From NCBI GenBank assembly GCA_001643675.2, contig LSRY02000001.1, positions 1,922,001 through 1,986,000 of the forward strand: a stretch of DNA of 64,000 nucleotides, written 5' to 3'. The notes under the pieces are model-generated. The model worked only from the letters and a program-made list of their open reading frames with translations. It ran no database searches and was not told where the DNA came from. A program made the translations under genes and the position numbers. This stretch comes from Monocercomonoides exilis PA203 (taxonomy: Eukaryota; Protista; Preaxostyla). Of this stretch, positions 61,101 through 64,000 are shown in pieces (position 1 is the stretch's first letter; the number at the start of each line of letters is the position of its first letter).

Positions 61101-64000
61101 GTTTCGTTGATCTGTTGAGCAATCGAGTGGCATCTGACAAATATGTCTTTCCCTTCTGATGCCTCATTCATATAGAACAAAACGTTCACAATCTTGAAAT
61201 TCAGAGATGGAATCTGACTTTCATTTCCATAATTCGCATTCGGGTCAGATCCATCAATAAACAGCCCTCCTCCACACCCTGTTTCACTCGAACACTTGCA
61301 TATCGAAAACGAGCTGCCATTCACTTTCAACACTGATTCTCCTCTCTTCAACACCACTTTCATTCCCCCTCCTTCTCTGCTCAAACCACTCTTGCAACTT
61401 GACATCGAACACTCATCAATCACACACTCCATTCCATGCTCATATGATCCCACTTCAATAACATTTGCTTCATTCCCTTCGTTTGTGATATTGGCAAATG
61501 AACACCCAACAACCCTCAAAACTGGTCTGTTGCCATTTGAACCAGTATTCTCATCTCCGTTCATTTGATTCTCGTCTATCATCGAAATCAGGCTCCTTTC
61601 TATCACACCAGCAAATGAAATGTTCACATTCTGAACAGTCACCTCACCTGAACTTGGCCTGAACGCAATCAACCCTTTCAACTCTGAGATTAAACTCAAC
61701 GAACTCCTCTCAATCACAACACTCCCTCCATTCACTCTTATCATACAATATCCAGCTGTCTCTGTCAGCCCGGTCAATGAACCAAATGAACAATCAGAAA
61801 CAGTCAATAAGATGTTTGTTCCGGAGGATTCAATCAACACTTCATGATGAGTTGTGATGGCTGGCTTGGTGAATGACATATTCACAATTGACAAACTCAC
61901 ATTCGAGGATATCATTGAACCATCATCCAAATCATTCTCGTCTTCATCACTGATCGTCATCCCTGTCCCTTTCTTTGTCCCTTCAATCACCACTTTTGGT
62001 AACTCTACAACCGATGATGAAGAAAATGAAAATGATATGGAATGACTCAGCAACCCTGACCCCACAATGGCAATATGTGTTTCCCCTTCTCCAAATGTTG
62101 GATATCGAAGTGATATCAAGTGGTCAATCGATGAACATGGTGCTTCCGAATACCCACACCCACTGAAGTCTCCTCCTTTCTCTCTCGAAACAAATCCATT
62201 CCCACTCCAATTATCCCACAAATACACAACCAGTGGAATCACATATCCCTCCTCTCCTGTCGTCTTCCTTTCCCATCCACACAGTTCATCCAACGATCTC
62301 AACTCCTCAGAACTCATCTCCCATTTGAGGTGATCCTCATTTACAATCTCACTCAGATCCCATCCCGAAATAAACACATTCTTCCCTTTCCAGGCATCGC
62401 ATCCCTCAAATGACATTCCTTCCATCACAAATGTTACCATCTCGTCTGGCAGCTTAACAAACATCCCTCCTCCCATTCCTCTTCCTCCATCCTCCACATC
62501 CTCTGTTGGCACTTCACATCCTGAATATTTCACATTTTTCATTTCCAAACTCCCTCCCTTCCCCACTGATATCTTCATCCCTCCTCCTTTCATAACACTC
62601 CCTCCTGAACACACTGATGACAAATTGCATTCTTCAATATTCACAATCCCATTCACTCCCATCTCCACATTCAAGCATCCTCCTCCATTCCCACCTGTCA
62701 CTTCCACTCCACACATTCGGCTGTTATTCATCTTCAATTTCACTCCATTTGTTATTGCGATTGGCGATTTCCCATGCATCTTCAGTGTCACTCCCCCTTC
62801 CATCACAAATCCATGAACAACCAACCCTCCTCCCTCAATACAAATCACATTGTATCCAATCATTTCATCATTTCCAAACGAGACTGAACAGCTAGTAATT
62901 GTGATGATTGCTGATGAGGAGTGGATAAATCCATTTCTCTTCCCATTCATCTCTTCATTCAGCATTAGTGACAAATATCTCATCTCAAATGATTTTGTGC
63001 ACTCAATAAGGTTATTTTGAGCTGTCGATCCTTTATCTTTTACAATCACCCTCATCCCTTCTTCTTTCCCTGAAACACTCACTTCAAATGACGCCACTTT
63101 CATCTCATTCTTTATCCATGATCCCGAAACAACTTCGATTTCATTCACGTTGCTGCTCGCTCTCTTCTCAACACAATAGTCAATCGTCAAACACCCAAAC
63201 TCCTCAAACCCACAATGACTGAGATCCAACGCCCTCTCTCCACTACCATCAACTCTCAACTTTGTCCCAATTGAACACAAATACACAAACAGCGGAATCA
63301 CTTCCCCTTCTTTCCCATCCTCACTCCCACACAACTTCAGAATATCTGATGGAATTGCATCTGACTCAAAAAACTCAAATGAGCTTGCATTCACATTCAA
63401 CTCCAACAACACTCCTCTTTCACATTGAACAAACAAATCCTTCCCATATTGAGCTTTGTTATTTGCTCCAAACAAACCCTCTCTTCCAGGTTCCATTTTC
63501 ATTGAACCATCCCTGCTCTCCATCACAATCATCATCCCTCCCCCTCTCCCTTCACTTCCCTCTGAACCTTTCGCATCACATCCATCAATCACACAACTCC
63601 CATTCACAACAACACTTCCTTCCCCTTTCACTCTAACGCACATCCCTCCTCCTCTTCCACAAAGGCAACTGCACCCCTTCACAACACACGACTCAATCAC
63701 AATTATCCCATTCTTTCCCTCACCTCTTTCTGCTCCAACCACTCCACTCACCCATCCCCCATCTCCATTTCTCTTCTCAATGTTGTTCACATCACATCCA
63801 CAAAACACAACTGATTCCACTCCTTCACCAAACTCAATCAGTGAATGTTCTCCAAATGTCAAGGTCTCTGTGATAACCAATCCCTCCACTTTCACTTTTC
63901 CCCCAATTACATTCACAAAACAATATCCAATGGAATTCTCTGATGAACAAATAACAGAACAGTCTGTGAGTGTGAGGAGTGTGGAGTTGGATGAAATCAG
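58118..64000 (-). CDS. Second giant receptor-like pseudokinase (5' part outside the window)
   Basis: The frame is open to the window edge. Same GGG(M/L) and CG...PC modules, TM WAVIIAIIFVVLFLIVLFGFILFAV-RWRK, and a cytoplasmic region highly similar to that of the first gene. Confidence 0.88.
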   Translation of the reverse strand: MISSNSTLLTLTDCSVICSSENSIGYCFVNVIGGKVKVEGLVITETLTFGEHSLIEFGEGVESVVFCGCDVNNIEKRNGDGGWVSGVVGAERGEGKNGIIVIESCVVKGCSCLCGRGGGMCVRVKGEGSVVVNGSCVIDGCDAKGSEGSEGRGGGMMIVMESRDGSMKMEPGREGLFGANNKAQYGKDLFVQCERGVLLELNVNASSFEFFESDAIPSDILKLCGSEDGKEGEVIPLFVYLCSIGTKLRVDGSGERALDLSHCGFEEFGCLTIDYCVEKRASSNVNEIEVVSGSWIKNEMKVASFEVSVSGKEEGMRVIVKDKGSTAQNNLIECTKSFEMRYLSLMLNEEMNGKRNGFIHSSSAIITITSCSVSFGNDEMIGYNVICIEGGGLVVHGFVMEGGVTLKMHGKSPIAITNGVKLKMNNSRMCGVEVTGGNGGGCLNVEMGVNGIVNIEECNLSSVCSGGSVMKGGGMKISVGKGGSLEMKNVKYSGCEVPTEDVEDGGRGMGGGMFVKLPDEMVTFVMEGMSFEGCDAWKGKNVFISGWDLSEIVNEDHLKWEMSSEELRSLDELCGWERKTTGEEGYVIPLVVYLWDNWSGNGFVSREKGGDFSGCGYSEAPCSSIDHLISLRYPTFGEGETHIAIVGSGLLSHSISFSFSSSSVVELPKVVIEGTKKGTGMTISDEDENDLDDGSMISSNVSLSIVNMSFTKPAITTHHEVLIESSGTNILLTVSDCSFGSLTGLTETAGYCMIRVNGGSVVIERSSLSLISELKGLIAFRPSSGEVTVQNVNISFAGVIERSLISMIDENQMNGDENTGSNGNRPVLRVVGCSFANITNEGNEANVIEVGSYEHGMECVIDECSMSSCKSGLSREGGGMKVVLKRGESVLKVNGSSFSICKCSSETGCGGGLFIDGSDPNANYGNESQIPSLNFKIVNVLFYMNEASEGKDIFVRCHSIAQQINETLFALNYKQESLNSNNSICGRDVESEGDVDLIPLITYFYGLQVFVNATGTDGRRCGSQSNPCLSINCGVDHVEQGVMNAILIDGEGFVTKECVIGDLVVNSLKKTQAIVRLNSKIEKSFEKDYIMEFINECSVERCSFEFEYSFESTHSHIMKVKNGSMEIQKCEFFSSSTAVELQLNSSIVSVESGELKISETTFRDIHSTRSILSFHEESNVTIDETSILNIKCEGDIVSVGGKAKVAMKEMVIENMTVLLEGCAIGMDDAEQEVSVLNCSFGKCVNSVDKGIMMQIRQSKDVRIEICVFDGKKEDEIINEGNKIKEGLCKWNGSLVDIEKSKVEMRETIIMKSKGGGLWVSGGGMKIENSKFENNNPEIEGYPSTRRNVICEGSGELNVVSVKGGDGWKDNSSLWILDEGCKLKGIASERGSSFFIPILEEVKNSTQLNGNLDLIILGKLLLPCDLSVKMSMKNGDEEEIVRKEIEEEGFVSENEIHTFISSSELEKVREETGVSVCILFGNAESPSSTEPFIVKNMSESQSSGNEKLVDGRKEGKSSWAVIIAIIFVVLFLIVLFGFILFAVRWRKQKRRTEELEVIVEDTVRKDPKLIEMVTMEPSPEEQWRRAEREAEKKNDERIKKRMCEKSLEHSESSEHLLSESGSTEYIFGRDSDKIPEWALEKVEDEEEVRKRTPSPSTSTTSTTDSDSTFVRGEDLCPTTSSMSNLVDAMACSSPHEKLIVDLRDSLFMLLHGKNKTKEMAIGTLQEREQTAAQILFWVANLALHSFDEMENPLQSLGSLSPHIVLFSEHMVICIVMHSDFSSDDDSDSSSISSSTVVTSASDDSEDSPPPSSAFEDDDDIRKECLRWKAPELKMNKKMGATKESVAFSIGMMLWECLTLEIPFGEYEAEVAGQKIVNHERPNMSAVKESNFFEIIRACLSAQPEDRLSLAGLKREFIQRFPAGAAILTMSDAIDLEERTEDGEQSTSANSSDITGTLLTEK

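Overview
AT-rich eukaryotic DNA with short GT-AG introns and the standard genetic code. The gene families and intron style best fit an oxymonad such as Monocercomonoides; this is recognition, not a database match. The central block (about 29.5-54.3 kb) holds a nucleoside hydrolase, a decayed large gene, a SPRY-domain gene, a PP2C phosphatase and CFAP45. The flanks hold two giant single-pass beta-helix-repeat receptor pseudokinases (11416-19194 +, 58118->64000 -), four paralogs of a three-exon helical-protein family (two broken), a tail-to-tail pair of DD35D pogo-like transposons, and several TA-flanked MITE/foldback elements. The strongest observation is a 733-bp, near-identical 3' cassette (last ~93 codons plus ~450 bp of 3' flank) shared by the two receptor genes. 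In the second gene it is followed at once by an orphaned homologous kinase C-terminus, which points to tail swapping among receptor paralogs. Also notable: a foldback element with 21-bp higher-order repeats and a flipped core, CFAP45 introns with complementary GA/CT ends, and a decayed gene bracketed by inverted repeats.
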